From contig NMRA01000018.1 of assembly GCA_002633005.1 (NCBI GenBank), positions 1,561,531 through 1,625,530 on the forward strand: DNA of 64,000 nt, given 5' to 3'. Positions 1 to 13,294 of the stretch are shown one piece after another; the stretch's first letter is position 1, and each line of letters begins with the position of its first letter. Under the pieces are notes generated by a model. That model was not told where the DNA came from and ran no database searches. It saw only the letters and a list, made by a program, of their open reading frames with translations. A program made the translations under genes and the position numbers. Source of the DNA: Phoronis australis. Taxonomy: Eukaryota > Animalia > Phoronida.

Positions 1-635
1 CTCTAACCGGCCAACCAAGGGGCTACGTGTGGCATAGTCTGTGGGTACATACGTAACTGCCCACACGCAGGTACGGTACCATTCAGTAGTACCTTAGATT
101 ATAGACAACAGATTCGCAACTCCGACATTTTCTTCCGAGCTATCCAAGAAGAGGCGCCACTCTCCTAAATTATCTGGTGCAGTTTCCGGTTAGGGTATTG
201 TGACGGGAAATTCTCGCATCTATTTTACTGTCCAGTACAACAAAAGAAAAATAATACTTACGGCATTGAAACGCTGTGTTCGAAATCTTAAAATAGTAGA
301 ATTGCTAGTATCGTGAGTACTTTTAGTTTTAGCAATGCTACTACCACCCGACCACACAACAGTCAACCAAGATTAGCAGACGACGTACTTGCCGGAAATA
401 ACACCAGATAATTGGGCTAGGTGTCGTTAGTGATTAATGACGTAACGATGTGCGGATAAAAGTATACGGAGTTGGCGTAGAATGTTTGTCTAAACCCACA
501 AAAATATCGCCACACTCGGTGTTTGCTAACAAAACTTTCATGAAGTTTTGATCTGGCGTGTGACGTTTGATAAAACGGTGCCAGGATGAATCGTCAGATA
601 AAAAGTATTGATAACATCACCTGCGTCTTTTACAG

Positions 636-805
636 CCAAGAAGAAGAACTACCCGATGAGATGGTGGCAACCTTGGTACTGGAGCAGTTTCCCTATTGAG
701 TGTCGTGTGGCAAAGTGCAAATGTGACTTGAAGTCGGCCAAATGCTTCGCCAAATATCGTTTAAATCCGAAATATTACAATTATAATTTGAAGAAATGTA
801 AATGA
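636..805 (+). CDS. Secreted phospholipase A2 copy A, last coding exon (rest of the gene lies upstream of the window)
   Basis: Acceptor ctttttacAG at 635; exon reads (T)KKKNYPMRWWQPWYWSSFPIECRVAKCKCDLKSAKCFAKYRLNPKYYNYNLKKCK-TGA, the sPLA2 C-terminal CxCDxxxAxCF helix; paralogous to 26117-26286 and 61744-61919. Confidence 0.9.
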
Positions 806-2084
806 ACGTCAAAAGAACGTTGCACGTGCGAATTACCGTGAATAGTATACAATACAAATGGTTATTGAATGTTCCTGCTCATGTTTACAAAAATGGTTTC
901 AAGCGAAATATACTGCAAAGTAGTTGCAGGATGGCAGACATGGCTCCCGTTCAGTAACGCTAAGACCTCGCTAAAAGCAAGACTGCGAGATTACGTGAGA
1001 TATTGTCGTGTATTTTAAATAAGAGCACGTGACTTTGGCTAGATTTTAGCTAGGTCCTAGCGTAGGTCCTGGCGTTTCTGAACGCACGCATGGTTTTACT
1101 CTGAACTAACTGTGGTTTCTTTTTCCAGGAATCTCAAAGTTTTTTTTTACAAAATGCCTAGGAGTTGAGAAAATGCCACAGTTGACTATAACTTCATAAA
1201 AAAGAGTTTGAGCTTTAGTACCTAACCCAACCAGTTGTGTTTCTTGAGAGTAAACATGAATCATTTTTGAAAAGAGCTGATGTGTCAAGGCCTACAGAAA
1301 GAAAACTGTTTCTGTACTTTGTACTGAGGAAATTGGGATCAATTTGAAGCAAAATGCAGTGGTTGAAAGAGAAGTTCCAGCTCTGTGGGGCATGCAAAAC
1401 TGTAAGTGGGCCATGCGAAACTGTAAGTGGGCCAGCTGAACTGAGGCTGAAAAAATATGCCTCGCTGCCTATTCTGATGTGCAATTAGAGTCAACTGTAG
1501 CACGTATTCTAGTTTTCGAGTCTTTAAAAGTAAAAGAAATTTTGAGATTGTAGGAAGCCATTTTCCGGCATTCATGTTTCAGAGTAATGTTTGTACAAAA
1601 TTACAGCTACATGTGTGCACGAACAACAAGCGTGCTCTTATAATGGGAGAGGGGACATTAGTGTTTAAAGAATCATAGCTTACCTGTAAGCTGACAACTC
1701 AAGTCACAGGCAATGTTCCATTTTTAATTCGCAATAAATCCTGAAGCCTATTGTGCCTACCGCGCCCCTCAGGGGATTTTTTGTTCACGGTAGTGAACCC
1801 AAGTGACATGTAGACGCCAGACATTTGGACATTTCATCAAAATGTCACGAGACTTTTCGGACCTGGTCCCGGGCTCTAATCTTTGCACTTGAATCCAAAC
1901 TAGAAATTGTTTTTTCGTTATATTCCTTTCTACTCACGTTAAGTGTGTATAGTTCTGTTTCTTTACGTAATACTTTATGTGAACGATTGTCTAATCCCAG
2001 TTTGCATTTGACAGCCCGAGCGTTGAAATGATAATTTCGGCCCCAATCTCCATTTTTCAAGATTTTCGATAATTCTGTTGGAAC

Positions 2085-2186
2085 GCTAGCCTCCGTGGCT
2101 AAGGCACAAGCCTCCTAAAAAGGGATTGCCAAATGGGTCAGCTTGGGATTATGGGTTTGAGTCCCGCCAGAGGTGGAGCTTTTTTG
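2085..2186 (+). repeat. tRNA-derived SINE head / pseudo-tRNA
   Basis: A-box-like TAGCCTCCGTGG, B-box-like GGGTTTGAGTCCC, then a T-run; no complete cloverleaf. Confidence 0.4.
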
Positions 2187-2898
2187 CAATTTGAAGCTAT
2201 TACCTGGTGCAAATAGAGTATTCAAAATAATCGTTGTTTACTGAAAAGCGGCTGGATGTGGTGGCAAAAGCAGGAAATTTCAGTAGTGCTAGGACCTCGC
2301 TGCATATGATAGAATCCTACGTTGAAACCTAACCGGTCGATATTGAGCAACTTGACCGGTTTACGCACCAACGAATCTGCTGGTTCAGATCAAAGAAAAC
2401 AAATCATACATGTAAACACTTTAAAAGTTTCAGAGGTAACTGAATTTAAACACTTGTCAAATTTCATTATGTACGGTCAAGGAACTTCTATGGAGCCACC
2501 GTCTAAAAATATAACTCCCACAAGAAGACACCACAGCAGTTCAAAAGTCGCTCTCAGCCATGCACTTCACACAGTGAACAGAGGCAAGTTTGAGAGTAAA
2601 AACAGCTACAAGGTGGCGCAGAATACGCCAAATCTATCAAAAAATGAACTAATAATAGCCTATAGGGGGTGCAAAGCGATTCCCTGATAAATGTTCTTGT
2701 CAGTAGGAACAGCGCCAGCTGCCACCTTTCACCGTGATTCTTCAAGAAGTTTGAAAAACAGGGAGGCACAAGGTAAAGGACACAAAAACAATAGTTACGC
2801 CATCAATATGCGCAACGTTGGTCAAATCCATCTGGAACAGGACACGTGCTGATGGCTAGGTGTTAATAACTTATTTGCCAAACTTTTTTGACAATCCA

Positions 2899-3904
2899 CA
2901 GTGGCGGATCTAGGATATCACAAGGGGGGCCCAACATGTTGTTTGTAAACATTTGGTCCAAGCACGATTGTAGATGTGCATAGCACCGAATGGGGGGAGG
3001 CCCCCCTCCCGCCCAGGAATTTTTTCTGTTTTTTCCTCTAAAAATCAAGCATTTTCCTTGATTCCCGAAGTATTATCCAAGACAAAAGGCAAAAAAAAAG
3101 AAAAATACGAAGATTGTGTCAACAAGCAAAAACTGCAAGTACCACTGATTTGAACTCACGTCATTGTTCGTAGAGCGCGCGTGCTTTACCCCTGCACCAC
3201 CACGATTTAACTCTTAGTTTGCCACTTAAAGACCTACTTATTTATGGTCCACAGCGTTTGCGCGCGAAAACTCCTTCTTTTTGTAATGCTTATTACATGT
3301 TTTTTGTGCAATCAGTTCGTAACATATTTGTTGTATTTAAAGTAGTCTTCAATTGCCCAAAAGACCAAATCCGTTTTTTGTGTTTGCAATAATGACGCGA
3401 TTGCTTTGGAAATCGTCTTTTAAGTTAAGGTTTGACAAAGAGAGAATTATGAGTTTCTGAGTGATTCACTAAAAGTTCGATTAAAATTGACATCTTACCA
3501 GCAGCTTCTGTTTTTTCACCATCACTCAAATTCCAGTTTCTTTAAAAAATGAAGTAATTTTCTTCATTGCACAGTGGAGCAGACGACGGAAACGGAGTCG
3601 TAGTGCCCAGCGCCACTGCCGGTCGCCTGAGATATCACGGGAAAGCCTATACTTAGCCATAGTTCCGTTACGATTGCGCCGTGTTCCGAATTTGACACTT
3701 GAAATTGGATCTGAGCCCCCCTCCCCTCAAAAAAAAACATTAAAACTGCACGCATTTAAATCTTGTTTCAGCCGTATAATTTTAATTACCGGGGTTAACT
3801 AATGAATTCAACATTTCCCTATGCTCTTGCTGGTTTATTATTTTTTTGCGGCAGCCAAGGGGGGCGGGGGGCGGGCCCCCTGGCCCCCCCTAAATCCGCC
3901 TATG
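2899..3904 (+). mobile_element. Non-autonomous hAT-type DNA transposon with 5-bp TSD (hAT5-like), family 1, copy 1
   Basis: Termini CAGTGGCGGATCTAGG ... CCTAAATCCGCCTATG; TSD ATCCA at 2894-2898 and 3905-3909; inverted copy at 26308-27250. Confidence 0.85.
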
Positions 3905-6900
3905 ATCCATTGCCACATGCAACCAGATTTGTCACAAAATCTCATATTTCAGTTGTACTCCCCTCATTGAAAACACATGAAAAATTTCATGAAGCTCGGT
4001 CATGCACTTCAAAGAGTGAACACATGCAAGTTTGAGAGTGATTTAGCCGGCGGACGTAAACAACCAGACTAAAAACAGTAAAAACATGAACAAGGTGGCG
4101 TACAATACGCCAAATGTATGCGAAAATGAAATAGGGAAGTCGCCTCATACATGGATATGGATATAAAATTGGTCAGGCGCTTCGATGATAGGGAGGGAAA
4201 AATTAAATTTGCTCCAAGGGGACAGAGTGGTAATTGGACCCGCCCAAAAGTCGTAGATCTTTATTGTCAATTCCCTACAAATACAATGGCCAAATGTAAA
4301 GCTATATCAAACCTTATTCAGTGGGCTCAATTCCAACTCGAATATCAAAAACCAGGCTTTGTCAACTAGTTAAGTTATAATTTTTCTGAAAGAAAAAAGA
4401 TCGAGGATTATCAAAATTTATTTTATTTCTATGTCTCAATGTTACTATTTAATTAACAGCTTTTAAGTCAGAATTTCATTTTTAAGAAAGGCACTTCCAT
4501 AACAAAATAACTCCTTGAACCTTTTTTAAATGAAAACTTCCCCAGTTACCTCAAAAACGCTGTTAGAAGAATATTTTGATTAAACTTTTAGTTTGGTTTC
4601 TGTGACAAATAAGCTTGCAAAATATAAGGTATTTTTATAAAAGTAGCAGTCGCATTCGTCTTTGTTACAGTGCTTTTGAGTTTGATGAATAGATACTTAG
4701 ACTGGAAAGTTTCAGCGAAACCCACCGAGCTGTTTTCGAGAACTCGTGTTCCTAAGTTCAAATTAAGTCGATTTACCGAAGCTTGGACAGGTAAAAATCT
4801 CAGGTCTTCGGGTAATTATTCGGTTAATATAGCCTATACATGCCAAAACCATGTTCGGTAATTCAACATTCACTAAGAATATCAACGGACTTTGCAGGGC
4901 CTAATTAACTTAATTATCATTAACACGTTTTAATTTTGTTCGTGGGGTATCCTGTACCTCGTGCTTTACAGGTCAAAAGCGGAGTCAGTAGCAAGTAGGC
5001 CAAAAGTTCATAATATACCGACCACGCGCAGGGCACAATACCTCACGAAACCAAGTACAAATAGATTATAGAAATCGAGTCGGTAATTGAAGGGCGTCAT
5101 GAGGACGAGATCGAAACAGTAAAATGTCAATTTACCGATAAAATTAACGAATTTTGGGAGGATTTATCTTTTTTAACAACTTGCTGTTAGTGGTGAACGA
5201 CTAAGTCACGGAATCGTGCGGCGACTCGGAGCATTCGCACAACTGCCCCAGGGTTAAAACTACAGTATGTTTTGTCTTCGTTTTCTTCGTCACCTTTCGA
5301 TCATATGTACACTGCGTTGACGATGACTCAGTGTTATGGCGACTCGCTGAATGAAAGGAATGAGGGTACATACGGAAATGTCCTATGCCTGGCGGGATTT
5401 GAGTGACAGCCTTGTAACCTTTGACCCCGGATAAGTATTAAACAAATTTCTATACAGTTGTGCGGTTCCAAGACCCATCTGGTAAGTACTTTTTTCTCTC
5501 TCATAGTACACGGTATATATTTCGTATTTGAATTTCCCCGATAATGAAAATAAGGTATTTTGCGAGACATATGTGAAACATTGTAATGACAACCAATTTC
5601 TGTGAATAAGGTTTGAGATATCATCCTTAAGAATGTTCAGTCGTTCATGCGATGCAGCCGTACACACAAAAAACAAAACTGCCCCTAGGAGGTGACACAG
5701 TAGTCGGAGACATCAAACATTACCATCACGTTCTCGTCGTAGTAGGAACACATATACAAATTCTCATAATAATCCCTAGTGCAGTTTGGTCAACACTGAG
5801 AAAGATGGACGCCACATAGTTGAGGAACCAGCAACACGGTTAATTCCATTAACCGCAGGTCATGGTTTATGAGTACATTCTCAAATATGTTGCCCTGATA
5901 TCATTTTTTTGTATTGTTCGCACACTACAGGCCGAATTTTTGTCTGGTTCGCACTAAATTCACACACATCCTCTAGATGCAGAATAGCTAGAAGCCTATT
6001 GTTTTCGTCATGGTCGGATTCACGATGGCGGCCATTTTGTTTTTGACTTCCGATGCAAATGCTCGTGGAAGCCACAATTTTTGTTGCACAAGGCTGAAAA
6101 TCTGCACAATTAATATACGGTACATGTACTACCTATGTTACGTGAATCATTAACTTCCAATCGAAGGTGACGGAAATATCGTCCATTGTGTTTGGGCAGC
6201 TCGTCTTCAGGATGTAGACCTTTTGTCTCGTAAAGGGCGCATTATAGAACCAATTGCTTCAAATTTTTCATGTGTTGGTTTCCTGTGAATAGCTATTATC
6301 AAGTGCTGCGTAACCGGAAGTTGTTTGTATAATGGCGTTTCTGATGCATTTTCACCACTTTCAATCGTTTCGGGGTGTTATTTTGAACAGGAAAACCGAA
6401 TAACGTGAATTTTTACATGTGGATTCTTTAAGGTATACTCATTCAAGTGAACACTGACTGTTTTGTCTCGAACTTAACATTTTTCAGCTATTTGCTTTCA
6501 TTTAAATAATACATTTAAATGAATTTTCGAGAATTTTGTGAAATTTTATGAAACTACTTTGTGTTAAAGAGTTTTGAATGGGCTGATTTAAACATTCATG
6601 AATATGCACTCTCAATGAAATGCCATTGGCGGGGGGTGAGTAAACATGCAGGCTAGTTTATGGCGCCTAATTTAATCTGTGAAGAGGAATATGGCTATAG
6701 TATAGTCAAACTGTACAGATTGTGTCAACTAATTAAGAGTTTCTTGTATTAGTGATTCCTTGTGTCTCATTACTTCTTTAGTTTACCAGGTCTGTGTCCT
6801 GGATTTGTTAAAAACATGACCTTTATTATTTTTGGCAAAATACCCTTAAAATAATTTAAAGTTTCGCTCTTTTCTAGCAATATCAAGTCAGGTATGAACA

Positions 6901-7454
6901 ACAATTAAATGTGCATTTCGACATTTTCCTTGTTTTTTTTAAATCTAAGGCCACAGTGGAGGCCTGTGTAGCTCCCTCAAAATAAATAAAATGGGACGGG
7001 ACAGGTTTGATTGCAGTTTTGTGCACTAGACGGAATGTGATTTCCACAAATGGTGTTCAGTAGTTCCTTGAAGTTGTTTTGAGGAAACAGAGTCCAGAAG
7101 TTCGACTTGTGCTCTTGTCTAATAGGATAGGAAGTGCCGCCATTTTGAGACCATATCCTTGTTGAGTCTGATGCATTTTCATCATTTTTCAGGGGTTTTA
7201 TCTTGAACAGGAAGAACAAATGACGTGAACTTTGGAGTGGGATTCAGTAAGGTATACTCTTTTAAAGGAACACCAGCAATTTTTCTTTTAGAGTTACTTT
7301 GTCGGTTACAATTTTAAACGGACTTTCAGAAGGTGTTTTTTCGATTTGGTCGGAATATTCTGGTGACGGTGCTCCTTTGTTGACCGATTCTTTCTGCACT
7401 TTTGTTGGTTTACCTTCTATATTTCTTACTTAGATATCTGACATATTCATTCCT

Positions 7455-7870
7455 CATATGATTGTTATCATCATGTTCATTATCGCTACCATAATTATCG
7501 TCGTCATTGCCTTTTATCATTCAATATCGCAAGGTGTCGCTCTCCAGATGAGCTTTCCTCAATGTACAGTATTCTCGCCTTTTCAAGCGTATATGTTCTA
7601 TGGGACTCGAGTCTCTCATTGTCGTTGGTCGTGTCGCAGACTTAGAAGTTATGTTCGTTATCGTTACTGATGTCAATTTTTCTTCAGTCAATTTCGCCAA
7701 GTGTGGCTAGTCCGAACGCTTTCAATATTATCATTGTTATTATTATTATAACTGTTATTGTTACTGTTTCTCTCGCTGTTACTAATATCATTACTGTTAA
7801 TACTGCTATTTCTATTGTTCTTGTTATTATTATCACTGTTTTAATCCTTATGTATTATCATATTTTTTGG
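7455..7870. repeat. Low-complexity (ATT/ATC/GTT)-rich simple repeat region
   Basis: Degenerate trinucleotide repeats that produce spurious Ile/Val ORFs. Confidence 0.6.
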
Positions 7871-8271
7871 AAATGCTGATATGACCGTAAGCAAACTGCA
7901 TTATGTAAACTTTCATGCCGGGCTTTTGAAAACAAATGTTAGCAGTTATTGAACAACCGCGCGTTTTATTAGATATTATAACAATAGATCAAGACACTGA
8001 AAGAGGAAAGGTAAATGTGCATATTTAAAAATTTGAAATTGGATACGGACACCGAAACTTCTTTTGAAAACGTGCAGCTCGACAAAAAGTGACTCGTATT
8101 TCTAATTTTGCAAGATGTCGTTGGAAGTCATGGTGGACAGCATGCATTTCCTTCCTAGTTTAGAACTGTTCAAAAAGCACACAGATCTGCTTTGGACTAC
8201 TTTTCGCAGTATCGTTGAAGCACTCAATAGCGGTAGGGCATGGGCTACATGTACATAATGATTTCAGACCA

Positions 8272-8861
8272 ATAGGCCTTTTGCGAGTTTATAACAATAA
8301 AGCGAGATTATGTGAGACTGAACTGTGACGTCACGGGAAGTGGGGCAAAAGCTAGTCGTTTGGTCATTTACCAAATACGGTAGCAGAGTGTATTCTGTTA
8401 TTGTTTTCGAGTTTTTAGCCGTTTAGTTCGAAAAATGCCCAAAAGCATTGCTGTTATGGCAAATGAACTTCAGATTCGCACTACAATACGTTCTATCGCG
8501 TTCTGTACTAATTTCGTCCCGTGTATTTTAAACGGGCGGTAGGCGAAATCCGCTCACTGGTAAAGTTTTCACCTCGTCGAAAATACATTCTACACCTAAA
8601 ATTAGCACCTAAAAGGCTCTTACTTTCTTCAATGACTCTTTCTGCTTCTAAACATATCTTCGATGAAGCATATAATATACAGGAATTCAGGTGACTTAGG
8701 CGAAGAATTCCAACTCCACTGTTAACTTTGTCCGCGCGCGCGATTACCACAATCAAGTATTTCAACTGAGTCAGGTGAGTATGAGGCAAAGGCTAGTGCG
8801 AGACTGAGCGAAGCGCGAGATCTGGCGCGTGACCTGCCGCGTGACACTTGCAAAATAGCAT
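8272..8861. mobile_element. Internally deleted DNA transposon, PIF/ISL2EU-like, with THAP gene start remnant
   Basis: Imperfect TIR ATAGGCCTTTTGCGAG / CTTGCAAAATAGCAT bounded by AT; at 8435 a frameshifted MP-KHCCYGK*TSDSHY resembling a THAP N-terminus; a convergent ORF remnant on the minus strand (8508-8789). Confidence 0.45.
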
Positions 8862-9867
8862 GAGAAAATATCAAGTGAAATTTGTAAGATTTGTGTCCCT
8901 TGGACTTTTTGTTCGTCAACAGGCGTGATTTCACGTAACTCCCTCAAAATGGCGGCTCTTTAGTGAGAGAAACTCGAGAGAACCGCGAGGTTTTCATGAA
9001 TATGCTCAAGTTATTTGTAGACTAAATTGTGTCCAGAGTCAGGGTATGTGTTAATTATAACTTCATGTGTACATATGCATGTTTCATTTGATTTTATTTG
9101 CTGTATTTTGAAGTGAATATCTTTTTATGGGGATACACTATCGCCCCTGTATGCTGTCTGTGCTTACGCTCTTCGTCTCTGTATTCCACGAGTTTTAAGA
9201 TGTCGGCGTCTCATCATTTTGTCGAGGTTGCAAAAAGCTACAAGCGGCGTTAAACCCGTGATCTTGGTAAAAATATAAACGTTAACTTCCGTAAATTACT
9301 GACCTTGTCTTGACCCTTGCTCACTTTAGAAGTGATCTCCGTGCTTGTGAAAACTGGCAGATCATTATTTCTGAGACCAAGCTTAACAAATGTCTGGTCC
9401 CGACGTCAACTGAATATTGATGTACTTGCTTTCATGAGATAACGAGCTGTTAATCAATTATTTCCAATCCCAGAAATCGGGCCTGTTTTGTAAAAAAGAA
9501 TAATTCGAAACCATTTTCATCAGTGGTCTAAATCAAAACTTGTTTTTTGACACAAAGTGCGTATTTAACAACGCTTTCACAGAAACTTTTTTCAGTAGAT
9601 ATTCTATACGTTGATGATCATTACTTTACTATAGCATTTCTTTACTGAAGGTATATGTAGCCACAAGAAGAAAATGAAGTCACCTTTCATGGCCACAGGG
9701 TGAAAAGACTGGTGCGACGGCCGACGACCTGTTTGGAGTTCGCTTATTCCGCGTTGGACCTTATTTCAGAAAAAAACATCTTTCTCGCCGATAATTTCAA
9801 GCTTCAGAAACCTGGATTGCCATGCGCCTTACGCGGGCTAATTGTTAAACATTGCAGTTTTCCTAAC

Positions 9868-9985
9868 AATAACCCTCACCATCACCCTTACCTTAACCTT
9901 CACCCTCAAAAACACCCTTACCCTGACCCTCACCCACACCCTAACCCTAACCTATACCCTCACCCACACCCTAACCCTGACCCAG
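9868..9985 (+). repeat. Degenerate (AACCCT/CACCCT)n hexamer array
   Basis: About 19 imperfect telomere-like hexamers. Confidence 0.8.
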
Positions 9986-11734
9986 CCACATGCAAGACTT
10001 TTGTATAAATTTCAAATAGAACTTTTGTGGGTTGAACAAGCATTGGTTTCCAATGTCAACATTTAACATTTTTACCCGTATCTGGAGAGCCATTGTTTCC
10101 GGAACTTTTTCCTCGCCAGAAAATGTACATGTACTGTACCTGAGTCACAACCCCGTCATTTCAATTTGAGTAGAAAAAACAAGCTTTAATAGCTAAGTTG
10201 TTTTGCCTTTAATAACATTTGTGTTTGTTTTTGTAGGGTGGGGTCGTTTTTGTGTTACTTTTCGTTGGATGACGTTGGATGCATTATTTAGTCAAGCATC
10301 ACGGGTATTTATGTTCGAAGTATGTCCCGAAAATGATAAGTGTGTGGCAAGCTCCGTTTCTAGAGATAAAAAGGAGGGCCGTATATAGACGAAATAAAAG
10401 TCATTTATTATGACTGATAACAGTACAGAAGTATGATTGTAAAATAATGAGTATACATCAAAAATGGGGGCACCCAGCCTTCAATATGGGGTTCGAATTT
10501 CTCTCGATGTGAACCTTTTGCTGACAAAATATCGACAGGACTAAAAAAACGGGGTACTACCTTCATTACTGTAAACTGTGCGTCTGCGTCTTTTTAGTGG
10601 ACTTTTGCAGCGTTTTCTCGGAGTTTTTGTTTCTCTAAGGCGTAACTTTTTGCTCACTTCGCCAAATGGGGGGGCTCATTCGAGCCTCCCGAGCCCCCCC
10701 GCAGCGCTCAGGAATCACCGAAAAAAGAGGTGGTAGTGGGAGAGAAAAATGAAGAGAGATTAAACTCAAAACGTAAGTGCCTCTAAAGCGAAGGAGTGAC
10801 AGGAAAGTTATTGTTACTGAGAACAAAGGTTAACCCTAAGGCACGTGATAGTCATCAGCCTATAGGAAGCAGGAGCTGACCAAACTCGTGGCACATGACA
10901 GAAACCTACACTAGTGAGGCTGGGAATGAAATGTCTTTTACGTCGTGTGCAAAAGGACCGCATGCAAATCTACACAACTCGCTGGTTCCCTGCGTGTAGA
11001 GATCACACCCAGGTACCCAGGTACTATTCAGTAGCACGTGCTTTAACACTGGTTGATGTAACCTTGGCAGTCATTGGTTAGCTTTACAGCAAAGTGTGAA
11101 AATGGCGGACAATGAATGATTTTTAGCCTTGTCATGCAAGTGGGGTAGCAACAACTATTTCGTTTTTGCAGTAATGTTTATTAACCGCGTGCTTGAAGCA
11201 CATACATGTACAATAAACACACACATTTGGCAGATTGAACTGGTGTGTTATTCATACTGTATGAATACATAACAGCAACGTTACGCAACTAGAAAAGATG
11301 TAATCCGAAAAGGCGCATGCACAATTTTCTGTGATTCATATTTCTTGAACATGAATTTTAAGCAACGATTTGTCTGTACAACATGGGCGGCGCACCCCCC
11401 CCCACTTTTTCAGTGCCGCCCATGTACAACAGACCACACTTACATGTACACTCTTTCCATCAGTCTTACCAGATTATTTGCGTAAAGCGCTACCTGTTGA
11501 CAATTCGACCAGCCAGTCAGAACGCCGGTGTAAAAAAAAGTTCCTGAGGAAAATTAACTGATACCAGCGTGCTTGCTACCACCTACCGGCACGCAAGGAA
11601 CCAGCAAGATCTTCAGGACGGATTAATGGACCAATCCGAAAGAAGGGAAAAGGCGGGTATACAGTGTAAGTGAGACAAGCCCATATTTATCGCGATTCCG
11701 ATCTGAGTACAGAATCATATATATTGACCACGCG

Positions 11735-11870
11735 ATGTTCCGCTTGGCCATTTCCAGTCATGTTCCATACAACTGTACCTCTCTGTTAGTGACTCTCCTT
11801 GGGTCGTTCTGTTATTTTGCCTTCCAGCCTGCGATATGTTCACAACTATCAAGATATACGGATCCACATG
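11735..11870 (+). pseudogene. sPLA2 copy B exon 1 (signal peptide)
   Basis: MFRLAISSHVPYNCTSLLVTLLGSFCYFAFQPAICSQLSRYTDPH followed by G|gtaac phase-1 donor; homologous to 42348-42450. Confidence 0.8.
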
Positions 11871-12932
11871 GTAACATCTCAGTTCATCCTCCTGCAAACA
11901 TTTAATAATTATCTTCACAACTAAAAGCATTTTACTTGCAATCTGATAAAAATTATAATTTTAGAAACTCAAAAGCAACAAGAGCGCCAGAACATGAATA
12001 GTAGGAAAAATTCATATACTTCGTATCGTACCAACCTACCTGCCTATCCAAAATCTCAGAGAACTGAAGATGTTATGAATTGAACACATTTAAAGGCGCG
12101 TATTTACATCATTGACAATAACTATTTTCCACGACCAATTGAGCAAAACAGTATAACTGTAATCTTCAAAAAAAAACAAAAATGACAGTTTTATGGTAAA
12201 GTACCAGAGTACGTGCTCAAACACGGCCGAACAAAAGGTAGGATCTGAATAATGTATCGTTTTCAGCAGTTTGGTCTTCCTAAATGAAAATATATTTCAG
12301 GAAAATGGGGGAAAACTGAAATTGAAGCTAGAACTATGCTACTAAGTGAGACTTGACATTTTGCTTTCAAATCTGATAATTATTTTCAGCACTATTTTGA
12401 ACTCACAGTGACCATAGAGATAATAGTCTATTACTTGGTTTCGCAGTTGGCGTTTATGCTGTATATTGTTTTTTTCGTTAAATATTTAATGGTCACTTTC
12501 CGAGGATACCCTCGAGGCCAAACGAAACCCGCTCTCAGCTAGATGTGTTGAGCTAATCTCTTTATAAAGCGACTTGTCTTTCAGTTTACTATTTTACTCG
12601 ATATCACGAATAGTTGCAGTGGAAAAAATAACATGATGATATCATTGAGAATTAGGTAAATGTCTACCAATTTTTACATTGCACTTCAAGTAGGCTTTTA
12701 ATCGTGTTCTCTCTCCATGCATAATGTAACTATAACCAATTGATTACGTTTTCATGGTCTGACCAAAAATATACCGACACCGCCAACGTTTGATTCAGAA
12801 GGTAAGCGCGCAGCTTGTACATAATCTTTAATTACTTGTACTGTTTCCGAGAATTAAACTTACATTCAATGGACTTGCAAAAAACAAATCTCAGCTCTGA
12901 ATTATTTTCTTGCCCGACGCATGACCGTTAGG

Positions 12933-13294
12933 TAGCGTTGGCCAGTGGGTGAACGGTACGCACGTAATTACGTCCGTAAATTTATTTTTGTTATTTACGG
13001 CATAAAGTAATTACTTTTCGCCGCACACAATTACTCTGGGCATCTAAGTAATTTCTATACGCCTGTAACAAGAATTAATTTACATTTGAAGTTTAAAGTA
13101 TTTATTTGCGGCGTTTCAAATACTTTACTACGCAAATAATAGTTTATGCCGTTAAATGAATACTTTAAGCCGCATATAATTACTTTACGCAGCTAAAAGT
13201 TACTTTACGCAGCAAAAATACTTTACGCCTCTAACAGGAATCAACTTTCTCACGTAATGTACGTGCGTAACGTTCACTCATTTGGCCAACGGTA
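12933..13294. mobile_element. MITE with ~40-bp TIRs and internal degenerate TACTTTACGC repeats, in intron 1 of copy B
   Basis: TAGCGTTGGCCAGTGGGTGAACGGTACGCACGT vs reverse complement of ACGTGCGTAACGTTCACTCATTTGGCCAACGGTA; absent at the paralogous site near 44005-44015. Confidence 0.75.

Noticed and set aside
1215-1575. ORFs recurring at 27276-27647 and 62704-62910
   Set aside because: Duplicated 3' flank of the PLA2 units; frames, starts and stops are not conserved between copies
7458-7879. Hydrophobic ORFs resembling membrane proteins
   Set aside because: Translation of ATT/GTT simple repeats
9700-10066. His/Pro- or Thr/Leu-repeat ORFs, or a true telomere
   Set aside because: Short, degenerate, interstitial hexamer array; the ORFs are repeat artefacts
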